A DNA stretch of 63,958 nt, counting the filler, from Octopus bimaculoides (Eukaryota), in assembly GCF_001194135.2 (NCBI RefSeq). It is 8 parts of 8 records of this genome, joined end to end, with 100 filler letters (N's around TTAATTAATTAA, not from the genome) between each part and the next. Parts side by side here need not be neighbours in the genome. Positions count along the whole stretch, not along the records: positions 51,531 to 57,117 come from NC_068995.1; positions 57,218 to 61,747 come from NC_068981.1; positions 61,848 to 62,847 come from NC_068997.1; positions 62,948 to 63,958 come from NW_026415688.1; 4 more parts are not named here. One strand, 5' to 3'. The translations under genes and the position numbers were made by a program. How positions within the stretch are numbered: position 1 is the stretch's first letter; every line of letters begins with the position of its first letter. Below the pieces are notes generated by a model that worked only from the letters and a program-made list of their open reading frames with translations, was not told the origin of the DNA and ran no database searches. Shown one piece after another: positions 53,187 through 63,958 of this stretch.

Positions 53187-53799
53187 ANNNNNNNNNNNNN
53201 NNNNNNNNNNNNNNNNNNNNNNNNNNNNNNNNNNNNNNNNNNNNNNNNNNNNNNNNNNNNNNNNNNNNNNNNNNNNNNNNNNNNNNNNNNNNNNNNNNNN
53301 NNNNNNNNNNNNNNNNNNNNNNNNNNNNNNNNNNNNNNNNNNNNNNNNNNNNNNNNNNNNNNNNNNNNNNNNNNNNNNNNNNNNNNNNNNNNNNNNNNNN
53401 NNNNNNNNNNNNNNNNNNNNNNNNNNNNNNNNNNNNNNNNNNNNNNNNNNNNNNNNNNNNNNNNNNNNNNNNNNNNNNNNNNNNNNNNNNNNNNNNNNNN
53501 NNNNNNNNNNNNNNNNNNNNNNNNNNNNNNNNNNNNNNNNNNNNNNNNNNNNNNNNNNNNNNNNNNNNNNNNNNNNNNNNNNNNNNNNNNNNNNNNNNNN
53601 NNNNNNNNNNNNNNNNNNNNNNNNNNNNNNNNNNNNNNNNNNNNNNNNNNNNNNNNNNNNNNNNNNNNNNNNNNNNNNNNNNNNNNNNNNNNNNNNNNNN
53701 NNNNNNNNNNNNNNNNNNNNNNNNNNNNNNNNNNNNNNNNNTATATATATGTATGTGTATGTGTGTGTATTTGTGTGTGTGTGTGTGTGTATAATATGT

Positions 53800-53997
53800 T
53801 TGTGTGTCTGTGTTTGTCCCCCCAACGTCGCTTGACAACCGATGTTGGTGTGTTTACGTCTCCGTAACTTAGCGGTTCGGCACAAGAGACCGATAGAATA
53901 AGTACTAGGCTTACAAAAAATAAGTCCTGGGGTCGATTTGCTTGACTAAAGGCAGTGCTCCAGCATGGCCGCAGTCAAACGACTAAAACAAGTAAAA
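53800..53997 (+). mobile_element. SINE family 2, 3' half
   Basis: Near-identical to 24520-24696. Confidence 0.85.
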
Positions 53998-55314
53998 GCT
54001 ATGTATATATATATAATTTTACATTTAGATATAACTGGGGTACTTATGTGTACACATGACTCTTGCTTCTGCTTTTTTCCATAGGTGCTAGTAAGTATTT
54101 CATTTATTTCTTATCGTATTCTCTACTGAAGAGAGAAACATCCGTAGGATTAATTCCGAAATTGATTCAATATAGAGATAACGAATTAAAAACAAAACAT
54201 TCCGTTAGCTTGCCTTCTTCGATTTCAGCACGACGTGTATTCATGGTGAATGTCTATTGTAATGTGGTGATTGACGATTTAAAGTCTATTCTCAGCAGAT
54301 TGGCATAGAAATCTTTTTTCTTTTGCCCTTGTTTATAATTGTTTATAATTTTCACCTTTAAAGGTATTTAAATATGCTGGCCACTTTGATGAATTGTTTT
54401 GGAAGAAGTAAATTTATTACCATTCACTTCGGGACTGGTAACCACTAAAAGTTGTGGTTCATGACCAGTCACACGTATGCTGAGGTTTGCTAAAGGATTT
54501 TACATTTAGATGTAACAAGGGTTCTTATGTGTACTCATGACTCTTGCTTCCTTGGTCATATTGGCGATATGAGGGTGGGCGATTTGCGGCCATAGAACCT
54601 TGATTAAAAGCAAAAAGAAGGAGGTGTCAAAAATGCTCGTTTTCTTAACTTGACATTCCATTTTAATGATCTGAAAATAAACAAAAATTAACTAAAATTA
54701 ACTAGAAATAAAAAAAAANNNNNNNNNNNNNNNNNNNNNNNNNNNNNNNNNNNNNNNNNNNNNNNNNNNNNNNNNNNNNNNNNNNNNNNNNNNNNNNNNN
54801 NNNNNNNNNNNNNNNNNNNNNNNNNNNNNNNNNNNNNNNNNNNNNNNNNNNNNNNNNNNNNNNNNNNNNNNNNNNNNNNNNNNNNNNNNNNNNNNNNNNN
54901 NNNNNNNNNNNNNNNNNNNNNNNNNNNNNNNNNNNNNNNNNNNNNNNNNNNNNNNNNNNNNNNNNNNNNNNNNNNNNNNNNNNNNNNNNNNNNNNNNNNN
55001 NNNNNNNNNNNNNNNNNNNNNNNNNNNNNNNNNNNNNNNNNNNNNNNNNNNNNNNNNNNNNNNNNNNNNNNNNNNNNNNNNNNNNNNNNNNNNNNNNNNN
55101 NNNNNNNNNNNNNNNNNNNNNNNNNNNNNNNNNNNNNNNNNNNNNNNNNNNNNNNNNNNNNNNNNNNNNNNNNNNNNNNNNNNNNNNNNNNNNNNNNNNN
55201 NNNNNNNNNNNNNNNATATATATGGGAGAATGTACGAAAAAACAACAACAGACGAGGACAGGTGGTGTAAATAACAAAAGGATGCATTAGTATGACGCTC
55301 AGGAATACGGAAAG

Positions 55315-55351
55315 TCTTTGACGTTTCGAGCTACGCTCTTCAACAGAAAGA
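55315..55351 (-). ncRNA. Hammerhead-like motif, CUGUnGA family, GUC triplet
   Basis: Minus strand: ucuuu CUGUUGA A GAGC-gua-GCUC GAAA CGU C aaaga. Confidence 0.55.
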
Positions 55352-55394
55352 ATACGGAGACAAGGAGAAAAACACGGAGAAAAAAAATTACAGC

Positions 55395-55525
55395 GGGCTT
55401 CTTTCAGTTTCCGTCTACCAAATCCACTCACAAGACTTTAGTCGGCCCGAGGCAATAGTAGAAGACACTTGCCCAAGGTGCCACGCAGTGGGACTGAACC
55501 CGGAACCATGTGGCTGATAAGCAAA
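55395..55525 (-). mobile_element. SINE family 2 head
   Basis: gaagacacttgcccaaggtgccacgcagtgggactgaacccggaacc. Confidence 0.85.
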
Positions 55526-55949
55526 TGACTAAAACAAGTAAAAGATAAAAGACGAATGAAGCACCAACTGCGTCTGCCCTGTTCGCCAGTCCGTCTGTCC
55601 GTCTGTCCGTTTCAAGGTTTGTTTGACTGTCTGTCTGTCTGTCTGTTTGTCACGGACTTTCTATGTCTCTATCAAGATTAATTTCAAGTTTTTCAGACAT
55701 AGCGTTCAGTTTTCACGTGCCGCACACTTGTTGGTGTTAAATCAACCGTATCATTGCTTGGTCTTGTGTCTAAATCAAGAACAATCATTAGTATAGGTGG
55801 TCGAGAGGGTGGGTGGTCACAATACGATACGCTACCTTTCCTTCTAACCCAACCCGCCTTCCGCCGTGACCTGTCTTGACCTTCTGCTCTCTGTCAACCT
55901 GTCACTAAAACATTCTGGCCACACCTTTTCGTATCAACACCTATCTGTC

Positions 55950-56002
<53 letters not shown>

Positions 56003-56033
56003 TTCTCTCTCTCTGTCTGCCACTCTCTCTCTA

Positions 56034-56067
<34 letters not shown>

Positions 56068-56142
56068 GTCACAACTATCACTGAATTCCCACATCACTCT
56101 AATCCTACTTCCAGCCACTGTATCAAAAAGTACTGCTTTCTG

Positions 56143-56189
<47 letters not shown>

Positions 56190-59100
56190 ACCCCCCCCGA
56201 TTAATCCTACCAACGACACCAACATTATCAACACATTGATCAATTATTTGATCAATTGAACTCTCTTCTCATTGAATCAGTAGGTAAATGGCTGAGTATT
56301 CCACGGACATGGGTACCCTTGATGTAATACTTCTGTAGAATAAGCATAGCACATGTTAACAAGGCCGAACTTTTAAATAACAGATATAGTATATATGATG
56401 CGCTTCCATGCAATTTCCATTAACACATACATATACATACAAACACATACTTGACATTTTAAAGTGACAGGAGTTTGATTCCCATTTTAAGATGAACAAA
56501 ACGACAAAATTAATTCGGTATTTCGACATGTTCGACTTCGTGCCAAACCAAAAATATTAAAAACATTAAAAAAAAAAAAAGAGACAAACTGGAAATGGAA
56601 AAACCTTACGAAAGGAGACGGGAGAACAGTCAGGTTCATTGTTATCTTACTATGAGATTTAGAGTTAACGAACAGTTAAAAACTTTCATGTTACATTATA
56701 GCTGACCGCTACCAAAATAGAAACTTATCAAGAAAAATCAGCAAGATTTCGTTATCAAACATATTTTATGTGTTGTGTTATAACTAAGATGGCGGTCCGT
56801 TTTGAAATTGTTTCTTCAGCCATGATTGATTTCGTTATCTCATCTATTATTGCCTTTTGTGTTGTTATTGTTATTACTGTAGTTGTTGTTATTGTTGCAG
56901 TGATGGTGGTAGTGGTGGTGGTGGTGGTGATAGTAGTGTAGTCGCAGTAGGTGGTGGTAGCAGCGCCGGTGGTTGTGGTGGCGGCGGTGGTGGTGTTGAT
57001 TTTGACATGTTGTCGTCTACACCTGTTTATCTGTTCATCTTTTCGTCCTTTCGTCTATCTGCGGATCACGGGTGGGCATGGATTCATTACCGAGCAAAAC
57101 AACGACAGCCACACTCGNNNNNNNNNNNNNNNNNNNNNNNNNNNNNNNNNNNNNNNNNNNNTTAATTAATTAANNNNNNNNNNNNNNNNNNNNNNNNNNN
57201 NNNNNNNNNNNNNNNNNATATATATATATATATATATATATGCATATATGCTTGTTTGAATGTTGTGAGTTGCGAAAAACCCTGTTGGGATTCTTAAGAG
57301 ATCATATGTTCTTATAGAATTCCACCATTTACAAATAGTTATTCTACTCGAGGAAATACTAATTGCCTTAGTATATCAGTTGCTCTTGCTTTGTAGTCAC
57401 GTTGTCAATTGCGGCTATATTTTGTTATTCATTTGCATATTTTATTATGTAGGTATTTACTTCCTTTCGTTAAAAACAGTATTCCTATAAGACGCCCACA
57501 CAAGTTTCGGTGCATTGTTGACGTTGCTATCCATTTATACAGCTGTAAAATACTCTAAAAACGACAACTTCGCAGTATCTGTGCACACATTCACAAACAT
57601 ATTCACACAAATAAACACGCACAATGACAGATACACACATAGAAATGTCTGTATGTATTTATGTATGTAGTTATGTTCTTATTTGAAGCGTGTATGTTTC
57701 TTGTTGATGCCTATGTCTCTGAGTGAGTGCGAGTATGTATTCTCAAATAAATTCTGACATTGATATCTGAACTTTGCCTTTCAATTCTAACCCACATCTC
57801 TTTGTATTAATCACAATATGCTTACGTCATAACAATACGCTTCGGGTATAATAAATCCGATGTGCCTGACCCCGACATTTGCACGACTAACAGAGATTAC
57901 GTGACGTTCGTGTCATTTAAGTGTAAATATTTAGTGAAGAATCGACTAAATAACACAAAAAAAAATTTAAGATAGAAAGGGTACAAAAATATTTTTTTTA
58001 AATAACGTTAAGAAAATGTAGAGAAAAGAACAAAACAAAATGAAGATTATCAAAGCATAATGCAGGGATGGAACAGAGATGGTAATAATAATAATGCAGA
58101 GATGGAACAGAGATAGTAAAAAGAAAGTATAATTCTTTTGAATAGGTTAATCGTATAGTATTGAAGTAGTAAATGTCGTATAAATATCGATTTACAGCGG
58201 CGACGTACGTTGATTGAAGATTGTATCATGGGATCATAGAAAAATCTTTAAAATTTCTACCTGTCGAATTTCTCTGAATTCAAATATTTGTTATCAGGAA
58301 ATTGTCACAATGCTTTCCCCTTACCTCATATAGAGATATTTAATATAGAATGATATTTCCTACTCAAAGTCAAGGCCATACTTTGTAAGGAAAACGAAAG
58401 GACTTTTGACGAACATGCTTTTTAAGGAAACTGAAAGGAATTTTTGACGTAGAGCAAATAAAGTAATTAATATGAGATGCATGTAGATGAACATGGTCTG
58501 TACGTATATTGCTTGTGATTCTTTTCAACACTCCTCTCAACAGAGATGGAATATAGTTTACAACACTGGGCTAAATATTATATAAGCGCTATATTCTACT
58601 CTTCGCATTTTCAACCGGAGTATTTTCGAAGGCGCTAAAATATCTGTACTTTACTCGTAAACTAATAGATACGTATAATATACAAGACTATGTCATATTT
58701 TCATTTAAAAGAAATGAACTTGAAAAAGACACTGTGTACTGCAGATACAGTTTAAGCAAGCGTGGCTCACATTAATGTATGCAAAACAATTCACATTATT
58801 TTACCCATTAAAAATGTTAAATCATCACATTACTATCTACGTGTAATTTTTTTTTTTTTTTTTTTTTTTTTTTGCAATAAAGATATCGTCGTTGCATCAT
58901 ATATAGCGCTATAATGTAGAAGAAATGTTCCGTTAAGCTCGCAAAATTTGGTTATTTTTGTACTTGAAGAGGCATTTGACTAAAACTTCCCCTATGCCAT
59001 TATTTTTGTAATGCACATTAACAAATTTCCCCCACTTTTTAAAATCTTAGATGTACTTATAGTAGAACTATCACCTTTTCGCGCTATTTACATGGCGCCT

Positions 59101-60115
59101 GACTTTTTAATATTAATATGTCGACTTTCCAATTAATTCCAACTCAATGAAAAAGGTGTTGGATCACTTTAGTGCGTCATCTTCTACCTCTTACAAAGCC
59201 AGTTATGTTCTTCACAAATGTATCGATGTAACAGAAATCAATTTAGTAAGCATTAGATAGTTTATTATCTTTACTCAACTTAAGTTTCATGGTTGAATTT
59301 ATACAAATAAATTTATCAAATTGTACGTGTACTTATAATCATTGAATTAATTTTAAACTGTACAAGAAATACAAATGCATAATTGATCATGTTTTATTAA
59401 TTTGATATACGACGTATATTTATAGTAGGTGTAAATGTTAAACTATCGATGAAAAGTCTAGAATTTAAATTGAATTTCTTGTGTCTACATGCAACAATTT
59501 AAAATATCCCACTCACATTGATTGTAAGTAAGTTTTGCTATATTCAAAGGAACGATGTATTATCAAGTAGAAATTAGCTTAAAAAGATTTTTTGGAAACT
59601 CCCTGATTATTAATGTTTCAAACAGTTGTGAGTTTCGAAATACTTCATTAAGAAATTTACAAACAATCTTCTTTCAAACCAATATGATGTTAATTTCGTC
59701 AATATATGATTCTGTAATTGCTTGTTACTATATTGAATAACAATATTTTTCGAACGCAAATTTCTCTGTGCGTTTCGGTTCTCGGTTTAATATAAATATT
59801 CTGTTCTGCAGACATGAAACGTTCCTCATAACCAACCGCCTGCCGTTTAGTATCCAGTGATAAGCTACTCTTTGAATTTACTCCTCTTAATCATTCAAAT
59901 AATCATGGGCTATAAATTAGTAGGTTTGACATTACTTAATATCATTAGTCTATACATTTATATAAATTAAGATGATTCTATGAATAATAAATAAATAAAT
60001 AAAAGTTGCTGTTAATGATTTCACGTATTCTGTCCGTTCCGTTATATATATGTGTGTGTGTGTGCGTGTGTGTGTGTGCGTGTGTGTGTGTGCGTGTGTG
60101 TGTGTGTGTGCTTGT

Positions 60116-60178
<63 letters not shown>

Positions 60179-60204
60179 TGTGTCTGTGTGTGTGTATGTG
60201 TGTG

Positions 60205-60545
60205 GCTGTGTGTTTACGCATGGAAAACGAACCTTCGCCAAATATTCTGCCAAAATGTCTGTGCGTACCTTTGAATACAATGTATGCCAGAAGGTTTGCA
60301 AATCCAACGGAGGCCTCAAAAGACATTTCAAAATCCACAAAGAGCAGAACTTATCTGCAGCTCTTGGTCCAAATTGGAGGTGCAATCTATGTGGGTGTCT
60401 TTTCAGAACATTGTCTAGTTTACAAATCCACATCAGATGCCATGATGGTGTTAATGTGCAGGTCAAATTCAACCACCATGTATGTATGTATGTGCGTATG
60501 TATGTTTGCATGTATGTATGTATGTATGTATGCATGTATGTATGT
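60205..60545 (+). mobile_element. 5'-truncated copy of the same zinc-finger LINE 3' end with (ATGT)n tail
   Basis: HGKRTFAKYSAKMSVRTFEYNVCQKVCKSNGGLKRHFKIH..CNLCGCLFRTLSSLQIHIRCH; aligns to the reverse complement of 200-510. Confidence 0.8.
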
Positions 60546-60550
60546 ATGTA

Positions 60551-60940
60551 GAAGGAAACCTGTGAAAAGTGAGAGAGTGTTGCTTTTTGTGTGTGTGGTT
60601 TGTGAGAGGAGGTGTTTGAGTCGTGCAGGTTTGGTGAGCCACCAAATATCTCACAGGAATCGATTAATGATAAACAGTGATGTGGCTATTAAAATTCACA
60701 ACAGAACATGTGTTAAATGTGGAAGGTTGTGCCTATCAGCTGGAGGTCTGAAAAGACGTTAAGAGAGTGCATATGCTGGTGCCTGTTTCTCCTGCCAGGT
60801 AGCAAGGTTGTCCAGTATGTAATAAAATGTGTAAAAATTTGCTTGAGATTAAAAGTCATAAAAGGGCATCACATGTCATCAATAATGAAACATTTCAGTT
60901 AGTCTTTTTGACAATGGCTTACTCGTTAACGATGGTGCAA
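60551..60940 (+). mobile_element. Second zinc-finger LINE-like 3' end (three degenerate C2H2 fingers)
   Basis: CVVCERRCLSRAGLVSHQISH, CVKCGRLCLSAGGLKR(fs)KRVH, CPVCNKMCKNLLEIKSHKRASH (60809-60874). Interrupted by a frameshift and a stop. Confidence 0.65.
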
Positions 60941-60976
60941 CTGTGATATATATGTATATATGTGTTTGCATGTATA

Positions 60977-61747
60977 TTTTTTTTTACAGTTTCAGCTTAG
61001 AGCTGCGGCCATGCTGATACACCACCGTGTTGCTACACTGTTATTACAGGGAGCCTCTTACAATATGTGGCACTTGGTGAAGAATGGAGTTTTATTTAGC
61101 AACCCTCATTTGCACCTCCTGCCACGAGGTAGGTTCATCTGGGAATCTCGACAGGAAGAGGTCCAGCTTTGATTAAAAAACCCCTACATCGACTTTGTGC
61201 AAGTTCCTCAGGCTCTTTGGGAGAATATCAAAAAGCTGTGGGCCCCTGAAACCCAAACTGTTGCACTAACTGGTCCTGAAGCGCGATGGCATAGCTGGGA
61301 TCTTTGGCACAATGCAGTGTCGTCCCGTNNNNNNNNNNTCTGACTGATTTAGGCTCTGGGATTGAAATTCCCTGCGGACCAGTGTACTCTGTAAGTTTCA
61401 TATTCAGTTTTGGACGTTGGTAGCGCAGGGCTTGGAATTTTTCAGCATTAGACTGCATATTATTATCCTCAGCCCATCTGTAGACTGAGCCCAACTCCTG
61501 CTGCAGGTGTACAACATCACTGGAGTTCTGTATTTTCTGCGAGACTTTCGTATCGTCTGCGTAGCTTGCAAGAGTGGCTATCCGTGCACTTGAAGGCATA
61601 TCTGAGAGAGCGACTATAAAAAGCAATGGTCCCAAGACAGTTCCCTGTGCAACACCGTTCATTATTTGTGTTTTCATAGAGGTGGCTCCATTAACCACTA
61701 CTGCCTGACTTCTATCTTTCAGAAAGTCATGTAACCACTCTCCAAGT
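60977..61747 (-). mobile_element. CR1/Jockey-like LINE RT and 3' end
   Basis: GVAQGTVLGPLLFI, SYADDTK, WAEDNNMQSNAEKFQALRY, then FRGPQLFDILPKSLRNL..KLDLFLSRFPDEP; 3' tail ggtggtgtatcagcatggccgcagctctaagctgaaac plus A-run. Confidence 0.88.
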
Positions 61748-61847
61748 NNNNNNNNNNNNNNNNNNNNNNNNNNNNNNNNNNNNNNNNNNNNTTAATTAAT
61801 TAANNNNNNNNNNNNNNNNNNNNNNNNNNNNNNNNNNNNNNNNNNNN

Positions 61848-61885
<38 letters not shown>

Positions 61886-62359
61886 ATAGAAATATAGAAA
61901 CAGACGTACAAACACACACTCGCATACATGTATGCATATGAATGCATATATTGATATACACACCTGTACATGTTGACATGTTTGCTTACAGTCGCGTGCT
62001 TGTGTATGTGTGTGTATGTTCTACATATATATATGAATATGAACTGTTATCTCCGGAGCTAGAATGGTCGCGCACGGTGCCTCCTGTCGATGTGGGTGGG
62101 TGGGAGATACGGAAGATTTGAGACAACAACGGAGGGAAGCAGATTAGCGATGATAGCATGAAGGTTCTTTTCGACACAGCACGAAGGAGCGGGCCTTAGG
62201 GGTGGTGCCATTAATGGTACGGTCTCCGATATGTGTTGCGTGTGTGTATCTTTCAGCCATTTGACTGCGACCATACTGGGGCAATGCCTAGAAAGAAATT
62301 TAGTCAAACGAACTGGTCTCACTACATTTTCATTTTTGTTTTCTTTTAAGTCAGGTGCT

Positions 62360-62645
62360 GCTTATACTAACAGCCTCTTTTGCCGAACTACTTAATTACG
62401 GGTGCGTAAACCAACCAACACCGGTTGTCAAGTGGTGGTGTGGAAGAACACCGACACAAAGACATACCCGCACGCATGCGTATACATAATATATACGACG
62501 GCCTTCTTTCAAAGTCTATCTACCAAATCTATTCACAAGGTTTCAGTCGACCCGAGGTTGTAGTAGAAGACACTGGTGCAAGGTGGCACGCAGTGGGACT
62601 GAACAGGGAACCATGTAACTTGGAAGCATATTTCTTACCACACAT
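62360..62645 (-). mobile_element. SINE family 2 (diverged)
   Basis: Head and 3' part recognisable. Confidence 0.75.
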
Positions 62646-62947
62646 CCACTATATTAAATATTATGTGAATATATATACATATGTATATAACCGGGTGCCC
62701 GGCCGTAGTCAAATACGGATTAGAAGTGCTGGGCGATGATTTATATAATTGAAACTTACTACTTCTCTCAAACATATTTGAATTGGTAACTAGTTTATTA
62801 GTAATATGATATGAAAATATATATACATATACATATATATATATATANNNNNNNNNNNNNNNNNNNNNNNNNNNNNNNNNNNNNNNNNNNNTTAATTAAT
62901 TAANNNNNNNNNNNNNNNNNNNNNNNNNNNNNNNNNNNNNNNNNNNN

Positions 62948-63190
62948 CTGAGCTCAAATCCTGCTGAAGTCAGCTTTACCTTTCATTGTTGTGGGGTTGA
63001 TAAAATAAAGTAGCAGTGCTATACTGGGGTAGATTTAATATTCCTGTAAAACATCCAAGATGCCAATGGAATTATAATAGAAGACTAACACTAACTTTAC
63101 CTTTCATTGTTGTGGGGTTGATAAAATAAAGTAGCAGTGATATTCTGGGGTAGATTTAATATTGCTATAAAACAGCCGAGATGTCAATGG
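62948..63190 (+). repeat. Diverged SINE family 1 core amplified as a 121-bp tandem unit
   Basis: ctttacctttcattgttgtggggttgataaaataaagtagcagtg starts at 62974 and 63095; a partial third unit lies near 63677. Confidence 0.75.
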
Positions 63191-63958
63191 AATCATTCAG
63201 CCACTACCGTGATTGAATATATTCTTAAGTTCACCATTTCGTCAATCACAGCAGCTTTCAAGCTTCCCCACTAATTCAGTTCTCAACCAAATTGCAAACT
63301 GTTAACAGTTTTAAAGATGAGAATTCCTCAGCTACACTTTGGCAGAAATAGTTTGAGATTTGGTTCAGTAGAAAAAAAGTTACATCAAAATATCTGCAAC
63401 CTCAAGGGGGGCAGTAAGGCAGATATTCATCTTCAATTAACATAAATTTGTAAAATTTTAAATTAAAGGCATACATTTCTTAGGCTTAAATGATAGAAAA
63501 ATGCCTGGGGAATTCAGAATCATTTGTCGCATTGGACAAAAATTAGTAGAAAATCAGTTATGGGGTAAAATATTATGAAATTTAATGTCAGTAAATAAGG
63601 CTTAAGCAATAAGAATAAAGAATATATTTCTAAAATGAATGTTTACATTGTAAGGCAGCGAGCTGGCAGAAACGTTAGTAGCAGTGATATACTGGGGTAA
63701 ATTCCATATTCTTATCTAACACTGTAAATGTCAGTGAAATTATTATACAAGGCTAACACTAACTTCCTATTTTTTCTTTATCTTTCCAGCAAACGTAACT
63801 ATTTCAGCATCTCGGGTCCAGCTTCTTGACCAACGAGACCGATCGATCAGAAATGGTAAGATGCATCCCTACAAAACGCCCCCAATTGGTGGGGGGTGCT
63901 ATTTCACTCTCTCTCTCTCTCTCCTGTTCCTTTCTGTGTGTGTGTGTTTACATGTGTC

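Noticed and set aside
57820-57910. CRE-like sites TTACGTCA and GTGACGT near an AT-rich box
   Set aside because: Short motifs expected by chance, with no linked exon.
60006-60762. Apparent C2H2 zinc-finger gene
   Set aside because: Microsatellite fused to two LINE 3' ends. No TGEKP linkers, and a decayed homologous repeat copy lies at 195-665.

Overview
Repeat-dense eukaryotic draft scaffold with many N gaps. The microsatellite load and repeat families look like a coleoid cephalopod, probably Octopus (inference). I can support only one intact host gene: a single-coding-exon LicD/fukutin-family phosphotransferase with an N-terminal membrane anchor (11587-12540, minus). The rest is mostly decayed mobile DNA: two Penelope-like RT/GIY-YIG fragments, R4/Dong-like RLE LINEs stacked in (TAA)n tracts, Tx1/L1 and CR1-like LINEs, RTE-like 3' ends with three C2H2 fingers, a mariner, MITEs, Helentron-like elements and four tRNA-derived SINE families. 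The most notable unannotated signal is eight minimal type-I hammerhead-ribozyme-like motifs, four of which form a repeat family with a non-canonical CUGUnG(A) core. Other points of interest are a long nested fold-back at 19.3-20.3 kb, a SINE/LINE shared 3' tail and recurrent SINE tandem junctions. All alignments, translations and folds were done by eye. No searches were run, and repeat boundaries are approximate.
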